Part shown: one piece after another, positions 22,474 to 30,809 of the stretch | Layout of the letters: every line of letters starts with the position of its first letter | Numbering within the stretch: the stretch's first letter is position 1 | Assembly (NCBI GenBank): GCA_000830275.1 | Contig: CP010424.1 | Span: forward strand, 1,200,001-1,232,000 | From: an archaeon GW2011_AR10 | GTDB taxonomy: Archaea; Iainarchaeota; Iainarchaeia; Iainarchaeales; GW2011-AR10 | DNA length: 32,000 nt | Direction: 5' to 3' | Made by a program: the position numbers and the translations under genes | The notes under the pieces: model-generated | The model's input: only the letters and a program-made list of their open reading frames with translations | Databases searched by the model: none | Told to the model about the DNA's origin: nothing

Positions 22474-22721
22474 ACACTATTATTTTCCTCGCGAAAAGTA
22501 TTTATTCTGAAAACGCACCATTCCTATAATGGCTTCAAGGAAAGACGTTATTGAGAGAAATGAAATCGAGTCAAAGCAGCGAATGGGAATGCAGCGGAAC
22601 AGAAAGGCTTCAAGGCGCTCGCAGAAGAGCTTTCGTTGATTCCTGAAAGAAAGCTTTAAATTACTTCTCCAGAGCATATTGCTTATTGGAAAGCGTTTTT
22701 TTGGCTTTTTAAGTGGTTTTT

Positions 22722-23324
22722 ATGAGTTTTTCGCAGTTAGTGAAGGAATCCTTTCAGGCTGAGTTCAAGGGCGTGAAGAGCCCTGACTACAACTATCAGA
22801 GGCTTTACCGAGAGCGCATGATTGAGTTCAGGAAGCCAACAGAAACAATTGTGAGGGTTGAAAAACCCCTTAATATTCCGCGCGCAAGAGAGCTCGGCTA
22901 CAAGGCAAAAAAAGGGTTTGTTGTTGCAAGGGTAAGGGTTAGAAAAGGAAGCGGCGCACACAAGCGCGTCAACAAGGGAAGAAGGCCAAAAAGGACAGGA
23001 GTAACAAAGCTAACGAGGAGAATTTCAATTCAGGGCATTGCAGAGAAAAGAACCGGAAAAAAGTTTCCAAACTGCGAGGTGCTTAACTCTTATTTCGTTG
23101 GAGAAGACGGAAAAAACAAGTACTTTGAAGTAATACTTGTTGACACTTCCGCCCCAGAAATAATTGCTGACAGGGAAATCAACTGGATAACTGGAAAAAA
23201 GCAGGGCAGAAGGGCTGAGAGGGGAAAGACTTCAGCGCAGCGAAAAAGCAGGGGCTTAAAGAGAGGCGAAGGCCACGAAAAGAATTTCCCAAGCCAGCGC
23301 TCTCACCAGCGAAAAGCAAAGTAA
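22722..23324 (+). CDS. rpl15e: 50S ribosomal protein L15e (eL15)
   Basis: ORF track 22713, trimmed to ATG 22722. YRERMIEFRK...VEKPLNIPRARELGYKAKKGFVVARVRVRKGSG is diagnostic of the family. Confidence 0.9.
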   Translation: MSFSQLVKESFQAEFKGVKSPDYNYQRLYRERMIEFRKPTETIVRVEKPLNIPRARELGYKAKKGFVVARVRVRKGSGAHKRVNKGRRPKRTGVTKLTRRISIQGIAEKRTGKKFPNCEVLNSYFVGEDGKNKYFEVILVDTSAPEIIADREINWITGKKQGRRAERGKTSAQRKSRGLKRGEGHEKNFPSQRSHQRKAK

Positions 23325-23326
23325 TT

Positions 23327-23397
23327 CAGCCTTTTAGGAAAAGGCTGGCGAAAAAAAGCCTACGGCAACAGCCTTTTAAAAAAAGGCTGGCGAAAAA
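23327..23397 (+). repeat. two tandem copies of a 29-nt hairpin unit (terminator- or processing-site-like)
   Basis: CAGCCTTTTAGGAAAAGGCTGGCGAAAAA (23327-23355) and CAGCCTTTTAAAAAAAGGCTGGCGAAAAA (23369-23397). Each folds as AGCCTTTT/AAAAGGCT. Confidence 0.6.
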
Positions 23398-23444
23398 CGA
23401 TTGAATATTTAATTTCTTTCAATCTCTTTTTTTAGTTGAATTAA

Positions 23445-24002
23445 ATGGATTTATTGCAGTTCACTGATTTTGGAAAAATAGCAGCAATAGCAAATGATTT
23501 GGGTATTAATGAAATTGTTATTGCAAAGGATTTCTCCGAAAAAGAATTAGAGGAATTGAAAAAAGAGATTCCAAAACAGAAGTTAAAGTTTTTTACTTGC
23601 AAGGTTTTGGAGAAAACTGATGCAAAAGCGCTGAAAAGATTCAGGGGAAAAGCGGATTTTGTTGCGGTAAAAGGAAGCACGGTTCAGCTCAACAAGTTTG
23701 CTGTTGCATCAAAAGTTGATTTTCTCCTCCAGCCCATTGATTCAGGAAAGCTGCGCTTTGACACCGCAATTGCAAGGGTTGCAATGCAGAACAATGTGCG
23801 GGTCTGCTTTTTGTTCAGCGAGTTTCTTGAAGCGAAGCCGTTCCAGAGAGCGCTGATGCTGAAAAACGCTTTCATGGTTTCAAAGCTTGCGAGAAAATTC
23901 GGCTGCTCTCTGCAGGTTTTTTCAGGCGCAACAAGCGAGTGGGAAATGCGCCATGAAAGGGGGTTGCAGAATTTTCTCAAGAGTCTGGAGGAAAAGAAAT
24001 GA
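23445..24002 (+). CDS. rnp3: RNase P protein component 3 (Rpp30 homologue)
   Basis: 185 aa. It has VDFLLQP and DTAIARVAMQNNVRVCFLFSEFL segments, and its position before Pop5 in the conserved superoperon fits. Confidence 0.65.
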   Translation: MDLLQFTDFGKIAAIANDLGINEIVIAKDFSEKELEELKKEIPKQKLKFFTCKVLEKTDAKALKRFRGKADFVAVKGSTVQLNKFAVASKVDFLLQPIDSGKLRFDTAIARVAMQNNVRVCFLFSEFLEAKPFQRALMLKNAFMVSKLARKFGCSLQVFSGATSEWEMRHERGLQNFLKSLEEKK

Positions 24003-24532
24003 AACTGCCGAGCCGCGGGAAAGCAATCGGGATGCTGAAGGAACTTGGAATGCCTGACAACATTTTCAGGCACACAATGCAGGTGAACAAGATAGCTGTT
24101 TTCATTGCGGAAAAAATGAGGGGCGACGGGGTTAAGGTAAACGTTGACTTGGTTGACCGGGCATCGCTTTTGCATGACATTGACAAGCACTTGACTCTAT
24201 CAAACGGAAGGCACGGCACTGAAGGCAAAAAAATGCTGGAAGAAAAAGGGTTACCTGAATTAGCGGAGTTCTGCGTAACGCACCTTTACACCCGCATACT
24301 CTCCTCCAGTTTTCCTTCACTTGAGCACGAAATAGTTTACTATGCTGACAAGCGCGTGAACCACGACAAAATAGTTTCGCTTGACGAGCGCTTCAAGTAC
24401 CTCAGGGAAAGGTACGGGAAAAAACCGGAAATACTGCGATGGTTCGATGAATGCGAGCCTGCCTGCAGGAAACTGGAGCGAAAACTTTTTGAAAAAGCAG
24501 GCATTTCTCCTTCATTGGAGGAATTAAAGTGA
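23999..24532 (+). CDS. HD-domain metal-dependent phosphohydrolase
   Basis: The His (HTMQV) and HD (LLHDIDK) motifs are present. It has an ATGA overlap with rnp3 and a GTGA overlap with the Pop5 gene. Confidence 0.7.
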   Translation: MKLPSRGKAIGMLKELGMPDNIFRHTMQVNKIAVFIAEKMRGDGVKVNVDLVDRASLLHDIDKHLTLSNGRHGTEGKKMLEEKGLPELAEFCVTHLYTRILSSSFPSLEHEIVYYADKRVNHDKIVSLDERFKYLRERYGKKPEILRWFDECEPACRKLERKLFEKAGISPSLEELK

Positions 24533-24924
24533 AGGAAAAAAATTCTTTAAAGCCAGTGCCGCCAACCGCGAGAGGAAAAAAACGCTACATACAGTTCCGC
24601 TTAATCAGTGAAAAAAAGCTGGACGAGAAAATTGTTTCCTCTGCGTTGAACAGGCTTTTCCTGGAGTTTTTCGGCGAGCTTGGAGTGGCTGAGAGAAGGC
24701 TTTGGTTCATTGGTTTTTCACCTGCTTCATGCAAAGGCACTGTCAGGTGCTCCCACACAGCAGTTGAAAGCGTTGAGGCAGCGCTAATGTTTTTGAAGGA
24801 AGTAAAGGAAAACAAGGTTATTCCAGTAATTTTGAGGGTTTCAGGCAGCATCAAAAAACTGAAGCCTCAGTTGACAAGGCGTGCCATTTTCAATGCCACT
24901 GGCTCGTTTCACTCGCAAAACTGA
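24529..24924 (+). CDS. rnp2: RNase P protein component 2 (Pop5 homologue)
   Basis: GTG start. RYIQFRLISEKKLDEKIVSSALNRLFLEFFGELG...GTVRCSHTAVESVEAAL...VILRVSGSIKK matches the Pop5 pattern. Confidence 0.7.
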   Translation: MKEKNSLKPVPPTARGKKRYIQFRLISEKKLDEKIVSSALNRLFLEFFGELGVAERRLWFIGFSPASCKGTVRCSHTAVESVEAALMFLKEVKENKVIPVILRVSGSIKKLKPQLTRRAIFNATGSFHSQN

Positions 24925-24950
24925 AATAACTGGTAAGGTTTCCGAGAAGG

Positions 24951-24960
24951 TTTATATAAT
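24951..24960 (+). promoter_or_regulatory. internal TATA-like box upstream of psmA
   Basis: TTTATATAAT lies about 50 nt before ATG 25009, and GGAG (24998-25001) lies 7 nt before that ATG. Confidence 0.4.
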
Positions 24961-25008
24961 TAACTATGATAAAATAATAGTAGTTGAGACAAGAAAAGGA
25001 GTTATTTA

Positions 25009-25731
25009 ATGTACCCGGTTTCTCAGACAGCAGGCTACGATCGTGTAGCAACTATGTTCAGCCCTGATGGCAGGCTCTATCAGGTTGAGTACGCTAGCAA
25101 AATAGTCGGCCAAGGCACTCTTGGCATTGGCTTAAAGTATGCTGACGGCGTGATTTTTGGCGCTGACAAAAAGGTTCCAAGCAGGCTGATTTTGCCGGAA
25201 AGCATTGAGAAACTTTTTTTGATTGACACTCACATTGCGGCTGTTTCAGCTGGTTTGGTTGGGGATGCAAGGAGGCTTGTGCAAATTGCGAGGCAGAAAG
25301 CGCAGGAAAACATACAGTACTATGATGAGTCAATTGGCGTTGAAACCTTGGTGAAAGAAATAGGCAGCATAAAGCAGGCCTTCACTCAGTACGGCGGCAT
25401 GAGGCCTTTTGGAATTGCGTTTATTATTGGCGGAGTTGACTCTTCTGGCACTAGGCTGTTTGAAACAGAGCCTTCAGGTGCTTTAGCTGAATACCAGGCT
25501 GTTGCGATTGGCCAGAACAAGAACAAGGCAATGGAGTTGTTTGAAAAGCAGTACAGGGAGGGAATGTCATTAGATGGGGCTGTGGCTTTGGGCCTTAAAG
25601 CAATAAAGGCTGGCCTTGAAGGAAAACAGAGGCTCGACCCAAAAAGTATTGAGTTCGCTTACATTGACTCTTCTAGAAAGTTCAAGAGGGTTCCGGGCGA
25701 TAAAATAAAGTCGTTCCTGAGCAGTATTTGA
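25009..25731 (+). CDS. psmA: proteasome subunit alpha
   Basis: GYDRVATMFSPDGRLYQVEYA is the diagnostic N-terminal motif. 240 aa. Confidence 0.95.
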   Translation: MYPVSQTAGYDRVATMFSPDGRLYQVEYASKIVGQGTLGIGLKYADGVIFGADKKVPSRLILPESIEKLFLIDTHIAAVSAGLVGDARRLVQIARQKAQENIQYYDESIGVETLVKEIGSIKQAFTQYGGMRPFGIAFIIGGVDSSGTRLFETEPSGALAEYQAVAIGQNKNKAMELFEKQYREGMSLDGAVALGLKAIKAGLEGKQRLDPKSIEFAYIDSSRKFKRVPGDKIKSFLSSI

Positions 25732-25762
25732 TGCTTTTGATGGCTGTTTTAGAGGCATTTGA

Positions 25763-26464
25763 ATGGTTAAATTAGAGGACGCGGTTATAGCGCGCTTTGA
25801 AAAGCAGGGAGAAAAGTTTGAAATGCTCGTTGACCCATACTTGGCCATGGACTTGAAGAACGGAAAGGAAGTTAACTTTGACGAGCTGCTTGCAGTTGAC
25901 ACGGTTTTCAAGGACGCAAAGAAAGGCGAAGAGAAAAAAGAGGAACAGGTTAAAGCAGCATTCGGTTCAACCGATGTAAAAACTGTGGCAAGAAAGATTA
26001 TTGGGCAAGGTGAAGTGCAGCTTACAACGCAGCAGCGCAGAGAAATTGCGGAGAAAAAAAGGAGGGAGCTGATAAACTTCATTGCAAGGAATGCAATCAA
26101 CCCGCAAACTAATGGCCCTCACCCTGTTAGCAGGATAGAGAATGCAATTGAGGAAGCCAAGGTAAGCATTGACTTGAACAGGGGAATTGCGGAGCAGGCC
26201 CCGATTGTTTTAAAGGCAATAAAGAGGCTTATCCCGATTTCAATGGATAAGCTCAGGCTTGCAGTAAAAGTGCCGGCTGCTTATGCTGCGAGGGCTTCAG
26301 GGATACTGCACAAGTACGAGCTGATGAAGGAAGAGTGGCAGACTGATGGAAGCATTGTTGCAGTGCTGGAAGTGCCTGCAGGAATCAAGCAGGAGTTGTT
26401 CAGTGAATTGAATTCTTTAACGCACGGAAACTTTGAGTCAAAGATTTTGGAGGAGACCAAGTAA
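25763..26464 (+). CDS. SBDS/Sdo1-family ribosome maturation protein
   Basis: ARFEKQGEKFEMLVDP...VFKDAKKGE is the FYSH-domain start. The 233-aa length and canonical superoperon position fit. Confidence 0.88.
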   Translation: MVKLEDAVIARFEKQGEKFEMLVDPYLAMDLKNGKEVNFDELLAVDTVFKDAKKGEEKKEEQVKAAFGSTDVKTVARKIIGQGEVQLTTQQRREIAEKKRRELINFIARNAINPQTNGPHPVSRIENAIEEAKVSIDLNRGIAEQAPIVLKAIKRLIPISMDKLRLAVKVPAAYAARASGILHKYELMKEEWQTDGSIVAVLEVPAGIKQELFSELNSLTHGNFESKILEETK

Positions 26465-27084
26465 TGCGAAAAATAGTTGTTCCAGGAGAGCTTGTAACTG
26501 AGGAAAGAAAGAGGCTTGGGAGAAACGTTTACCTTCGTGATGGCAAAATTTTCTCTGAGGTAATTGGATTAGCAGTTGAAGATGAAACGACTGCTTCGGT
26601 TGTGGCGCTTGAAGGGCGCTACATGCCTGAAAAAGGTGACATTGTAGTGGGAATTGTTGTAGGCGAAAAGTTTGCCGGCTACGACATTGACTTGAAATAC
26701 TTTTACAAGGCTTTTGTTTCAAAAAAGGAGTTCATGGATTCCCTGAAAAACCATTCCGTTGTTTCAGCGAGGGTTGATAAAGTGAACGAAGTAAACGAAA
26801 TTGAGTTAAGCAATGTAAGGGTTTTTTATGGCGGCATTGTTATTGGGGTTTCGCCTGTTAAAGTGCCGAGGATAATCGGGAAGGACAGCTCAATGCTGGA
26901 AGTCCTAAAGAAGGGCACGAATTCAACTCTTGTGGTGGGAAAGAATGGGTTGATTTGGGCTAAAACGGATAACTTGGCGCTGCTCGAGAAGGCGCTTGAA
27001 AAAATCCAGAGGGAATCCCACCTTGAAAACTTAACCAACAGAATATCTGAGTTTTTGGATAAAAACAAGAAAGAGGCGAAGTGA
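26464..27084 (+). CDS. rrp4: exosome RNA-binding subunit Rrp4 (S1 + KH)
   Basis: VVPGELV start, an S1 region (GDIVVGIVVGE), and a KH region with VPRIIGKDSSMLEVLKKGTNSTLVVGKNGLIWA. TAATG overlap with the preceding gene. Confidence 0.85.
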   Translation: MRKIVVPGELVTEERKRLGRNVYLRDGKIFSEVIGLAVEDETTASVVALEGRYMPEKGDIVVGIVVGEKFAGYDIDLKYFYKAFVSKKEFMDSLKNHSVVSARVDKVNEVNEIELSNVRVFYGGIVIGVSPVKVPRIIGKDSSMLEVLKKGTNSTLVVGKNGLIWAKTDNLALLEKALEKIQRESHLENLTNRISEFLDKNKKEAK

Positions 27085-27831
27085 ATGGCTAAAAGCGAGA
27101 AAAAAGTTGTGTACGTGGATTCTAAAGGGAAAAGGCTTGACGGGAGAAAGGTTGACGAAATGAGGCCAATCAAGATAACCACTGGGGTTTTGGACAGGGC
27201 AGATGGTTCCGCATTAATTGAGTGGGGCCAGAACAAGGTTTTTGCGGCAGTGTACGGCCCAAAGGAGGCTCTTCCAAGGCATATTGCTAACCCTTACAAG
27301 GCAGTGATTAGGTACAATTACAGGATGGCAACATTTTCTGTTCCGGACAGAAAGAACCCGAAGCCGGGAAGAAGGGAAATTGAGATAAGCAAGGTTTCAG
27401 CTGAAGCGCTTGAAGCGGTTGTGCTTACCGAGAGGTATCCTAATACTGCAATAGATGTTGACGTTGAAGTAGTTGACTCTAATGCCGGCACAAGGGTTGC
27501 TGCTTTGACTGCTGCAGCAGTTGCAGTAGCTGATGCAGGGATCGCATTAAAGGATTTGATTGCTGGCGTAAGCATTGGCAAAGCAGGAGGAAACCTGCTC
27601 GTTGACCTTAACAAGGATGAAGAGGACGCAGAGGACGCTGTTGACATTCCTATCGCAATCATGCCGGGGTCAGAGCAAATAGTGTTGCTGCAGCTTGACG
27701 GCTTGCTCTCCAAAAAGGAGTGGAGTGACGCGCTTAAAATGGGTCTTGAGGCCTGCAAGAAAGTCAACGAACTCCAGAGAGCGGCATTGAAGGAAAAATT
27801 TGGGAGAAAAGAGGAGAAGGTGAGCGAATGA
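27085..27831 (+). CDS. rrp41: exosome RNase PH subunit Rrp41
   Basis: DGRKVDEMRPIKITTGVLDRADGSALIEWGQNKVFAAVYGPKE is diagnostic. Confidence 0.93.
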   Translation: MAKSEKKVVYVDSKGKRLDGRKVDEMRPIKITTGVLDRADGSALIEWGQNKVFAAVYGPKEALPRHIANPYKAVIRYNYRMATFSVPDRKNPKPGRREIEISKVSAEALEAVVLTERYPNTAIDVDVEVVDSNAGTRVAALTAAAVAVADAGIALKDLIAGVSIGKAGGNLLVDLNKDEEDAEDAVDIPIAIMPGSEQIVLLQLDGLLSKKEWSDALKMGLEACKKVNELQRAALKEKFGRKEEKVSE

Positions 27832-28607
27832 GTGAACTGTTAAGAGTGCTGAGAAGCGAGAAGCTTTTCGCTGAATTGAAGGAAGGCAAAAGGTCTGACG
27901 GAAGAAAACTTGACGAGTACAGGGCAGTTGAGATAACAAAGGACATAAGCAAGAATGCAAACTCTTCTGTTAGGGTTAGGCTTGGGAAAACTGATGTGCT
28001 GTGCGGTTTCACTTTTATTTTAGGGGAACCATACCCTGACATGCCGAATGAGGGAAGCATTTCTGTTACTGCTGAACTGCTTTCATTGGCTGCACCAAAC
28101 TTTGAGGCAGGCCCTCCAAGGGAAGATGCTGTTGAGCTGGCAAGAGTTGTTGACAGGGGCATTCGTGAAAGCAAGACCCTTAACTTTGAGGAATTCTGCA
28201 TTAAGGGAGGAGAAAAAGTGTTAATTGGTTTCATTGACCTCTATGTCTTAAACTTTGATGGAAACGCTTTTGATGCCTGCGGCATTGGAGCAATTTCTTC
28301 TTTGCTTGGGGCAAAGTTCCCGAAAATTGAGGACGACAAAATAGTGAAAGGAGAGTATGCTGGAAAATTGAAGGTAAGCAGGAAGCCAATCCTTTCTACA
28401 ACCGCTAAGGTCTCAGGCGTTCTGGTTACGGATCCGGCACTAGAAGAAGAGGAATCATCTTCTGCAAGGTTCTCGGTTGCAGTAACAGAAGATGACTACA
28501 TTTGCGCTTTCCAGAAGGGGGGCCTGGGAGCAATGACCACTAAGGAAGTTGACGAGTGCATTGACAGGGCTTTCAAGAATTCAAAGCAATTGAGAAAGCT
28601 GCTTTAA
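27828..28607 (+). CDS. rrp42: exosome RNase PH-like subunit Rrp42
   Basis: RSDGRKLDEYRAVEITKDISKNANSSVRVRLGKTDVLCG is diagnostic. ATGA overlap with rrp41. Confidence 0.92.
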   Translation: MSELLRVLRSEKLFAELKEGKRSDGRKLDEYRAVEITKDISKNANSSVRVRLGKTDVLCGFTFILGEPYPDMPNEGSISVTAELLSLAAPNFEAGPPREDAVELARVVDRGIRESKTLNFEEFCIKGGEKVLIGFIDLYVLNFDGNAFDACGIGAISSLLGAKFPKIEDDKIVKGEYAGKLKVSRKPILSTTAKVSGVLVTDPALEEEESSSARFSVAVTEDDYICAFQKGGLGAMTTKEVDECIDRAFKNSKQLRKLL

Positions 28608-28619
28608 GGTGAATTGCTA

Positions 28620-29045
28620 ATGGGCAAAACAGAGAAAATATACAACACTGGCGGCTTTGGAACAAGGTACGGTGTTGGCATCAGGAAGATGTTCCTGAAA
28701 GTTGAGCAAAAGCAGAGGCAAAAACAGGAGTGCCCCAGTTGCGGCTTTAATACTGCCAAGAGGGAAAGCAAGGGCATCTTTTGCTGCAAGAAATGCGGTG
28801 CAAGGTTTGCTGGTGGCGCGTACCTTGCTGAAACGCTCAGTGGCGGCATTATAAAAAAAATGGTTGGCCAGAAAAAATTCGCTTCTTATTTGAGTGAACT
28901 CGTTGAGTCAAAGGAAAAGAAAGAGGAAGCAGAGAAAAAGCCTGCAGAAGAAGAAACGAGGACGGCTGAAAAAAAAGAGCCTTCCCGGGAAGCTGACAAA
29001 AAGGAAACCAAGCAAAAGAAGACTAGCAGGAAGGAGGAAAAATAA
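28620..29045 (+). CDS. rpl37ae: 50S ribosomal protein L37Ae (eL43) with a Lys/Glu-rich C-terminal extension of about 60 aa
   Basis: ORF track 28614, trimmed to ATG 28620. GTRYGVGIRK...CPSCG...CCKKCGARFAGGAY is the eL43 zinc ribbon. The tail is KEKKEEAEKKPAEEETRTAEKKEPSREADKKETKQKKTSRKEEK. Confidence 0.88.
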   Translation: MGKTEKIYNTGGFGTRYGVGIRKMFLKVEQKQRQKQECPSCGFNTAKRESKGIFCCKKCGARFAGGAYLAETLSGGIIKKMVGQKKFASYLSELVESKEKKEEAEKKPAEEETRTAEKKEPSREADKKETKQKKTSRKEEK

Positions 29046-29177
29046 ATGTACAAGTGCACTAAGTGCGGGCACCAGTTTGACAAATTAATGGAGGGCGTCA
29101 TAAGGTGCCAGAGCTGCGCCCACAAAATACTGACAAGGATAAGGGACCCAATCACAAAGGAAGTGAAGGCAAGATAA
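29046..29177 (+). CDS. rpoP: DNA-directed RNA polymerase subunit P (RpoP/Rpb12)
   Basis: Below the ORF-track cutoff. The product MYKCTKCGHQFDKLMEGVIRCQSCAHKILTRIRDPITKEVKAR (43 aa) has CxxC...CxxC. The ATG directly follows the rpl37ae stop, which is the canonical position. Confidence 0.8.
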   Translation: MYKCTKCGHQFDKLMEGVIRCQSCAHKILTRIRDPITKEVKAR

Positions 29178-29431
29178 TGCCAGAGTACTCTGCTGAAATC
29201 AGGATATTTTTTTCAAGCGAAGAGGAAGCAGAAATTGCTTTGAAAGCGGTTTCACTTGAGCTTGGCCAAGAATTTGAAAGAAACTCTAAGAGTTCAGCAG
29301 GAGTTGAAGGCAGCAGTGTTTTGCTTAAAGTGGTTGCCGAAAACGCCACTGCATTGAAGGCTTCAGTTAACTCTTACCTTAAACTGATAGGCTTGACCTA
29401 TGACATTTTGGGAGGAAACAGTTATGGCTAA
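29177..29431 (+). CDS. pcc1: KEOPS subunit Pcc1
   Basis: ORF track 29105..29431, trimmed to ATG 29177 (TAATG overlap with rpoP). ATALKASVNSYLKLIGL matches the conserved Pcc1 C-terminal helix (SALRGTVNSYLRWI type). Confidence 0.75.
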   Translation: MPEYSAEIRIFFSSEEEAEIALKAVSLELGQEFERNSKSSAGVEGSSVLLKVVAENATALKASVNSYLKLIGLTYDILGGNSYG

Positions 29432-29792
29432 TATTCAGGAATCAATAATGGAGTTTGAGAAAGCAAGAAACCAGCTTCTCAGCATTTCAGCTCAAAAACA
29501 GCAGCTTCAGCTGCAGTCAGAGGCCTTGGGGCAAGCATTGGATGAGCTGAAGGATTCAAAAGAAGAAAAAGTGTTCAAGGCAGTCGGCAACATCCTTATC
29601 CTGAAGGATGCAAAGGAAGTTAAGAAGGAAGTGGATGAGCAAAAGGAAACCGTTGATTTGAGGTTTAAGACAGTTCAAAAACAGGAAGACGCGCTCATTG
29701 ACAAAATGAACAAACTGAAAAACGAGATAGAGAAAGCGCAGAAGAGCGCTAGTGCATCAGCTGGCTCAGGCAAGCAATCCAAGTCATCTTAA
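29424..29792 (+). CDS. pfdB: prefoldin subunit beta
   Basis: ORF track 29400, trimmed to ATG 29424. Two coiled-coil arms flank KVFKAVGNILILKD (the beta-hairpin region). 122 aa. Confidence 0.8.
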   Translation: MANIQESIMEFEKARNQLLSISAQKQQLQLQSEALGQALDELKDSKEEKVFKAVGNILILKDAKEVKKEVDEQKETVDLRFKTVQKQEDALIDKMNKLKNEIEKAQKSASASAGSGKQSKSS

Positions 29793-29801
29793 AGTGAGTG
29801 A

Positions 29802-30809
29802 ATGAGCTTTCCCTCTTTTTCTTTTCTTGAAAAAAAGAAGGTATTGTTTTTAACCCATGCGGGAGCAGACATTGACAGCCTTGCTTCTGCTGCTGCCTGC
29901 TTTTTTTCGCTGAAGGACAACTCCAAGGCAAAAATCGGCGTGCCTGACCATATCAATGTTTACGCAAAGCATTTTGCCGAACAGCTGAAAATCCCTTACT
30001 TTTTTAACCCGGAAAGTTTGTCTGGTTTTGAAGTAATAGTTTTGCTTGACTTCAACAACTCTGGAATGCTTGGAAGTTTTGAAGAGCAACTTTCCGGTTT
30101 CAGTGGAAAACTGCTGTTGGTTGACCACCACGGAAAGCGTGGAGCAAACCTATTAAAAAAAGCAGGCTGCTTCTGGGATGAGAGCGCTGTTTCCACAACA
30201 GAGCTAGTCTTTAAGTGGCTTAACTCTTCCGGTTACAAACTGAACAAAAAAGCAGCCTCATGCATTGCTGCAGGAGTTCTGGTGGATTCAGCTGGCTTCA
30301 TGGTTGCTGACTCCAAAACGTTCAGGATTATGGCTGAGGCAATGGATAAAAGCGGTTTGAATTACTTGGGGCTTGTCTCACTCGTGGAAAAACAGCCTGA
30401 CATTGGAGAAAAAATTGCAAAGCTCAAGGCTGCAAGGCGGTGCAAAATATTCAAGTGCGACAAATACCTTATTGCTTCAACCGATGTCGGGGCATTTGAA
30501 GCGGTTTCTGCTTCAGCACTTGTGGGGTTGGGAGCAGACATTGCTTTTGCTGGGGATGACAAAAAAAATGAGCTGCTTGTAAGCGGCAGATGCCACAACA
30601 CTTTTGTGAGCGAAACAGGCTTTAACTTGGCACAGCATGTTTTCGCACATTTAGAGAAAAAGTTTGAAGGAAGCAGTGGCGGTCATGCTGGCGCAGCAGC
30701 TTTCAACGGCAAAGGAAATGCGCAGGAAGCGCTTAAGGAATGCGTTTCGTTAGCGCACAAGTTCATTCAGAAAAACCTTAAAAAGCTGGTTCCGTTAAAA
30801 GAGTACTAG
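29802..30809 (+). CDS. DHH/DHHA1-family phosphoesterase (NrnA/RecJ-like)
   Basis: Motifs THAGADIDSLASA, VLLDFNN and LVDHHG (DHH) are present, with a C-terminal GGHAGAAAF (the DHHA1 GGGH-type motif). Confidence 0.8.
   Translation: MSFPSFSFLEKKKVLFLTHAGADIDSLASAAACFFSLKDNSKAKIGVPDHINVYAKHFAEQLKIPYFFNPESLSGFEVIVLLDFNNSGMLGSFEEQLSGFSGKLLLVDHHGKRGANLLKKAGCFWDESAVSTTELVFKWLNSSGYKLNKKAASCIAAGVLVDSAGFMVADSKTFRIMAEAMDKSGLNYLGLVSLVEKQPDIGEKIAKLKAARRCKIFKCDKYLIASTDVGAFEAVSASALVGLGADIAFAGDDKKNELLVSGRCHNTFVSETGFNLAQHVFAHLEKKFEGSSGGHAGAAAFNGKGNAQEALKECVSLAHKFIQKNLKKLVPLKEY

Noticed and set aside
22480-22677. 65-aa minus-strand ORF in the ncs6/rpl15e spacer
   Set aside because: It would start inside the rpl15e promoter region and end 7 nt before the thiolation-gene start, with no start context. 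Its composition looks non-coding. The plus-strand 36-codon ORF is listed separately at low confidence.
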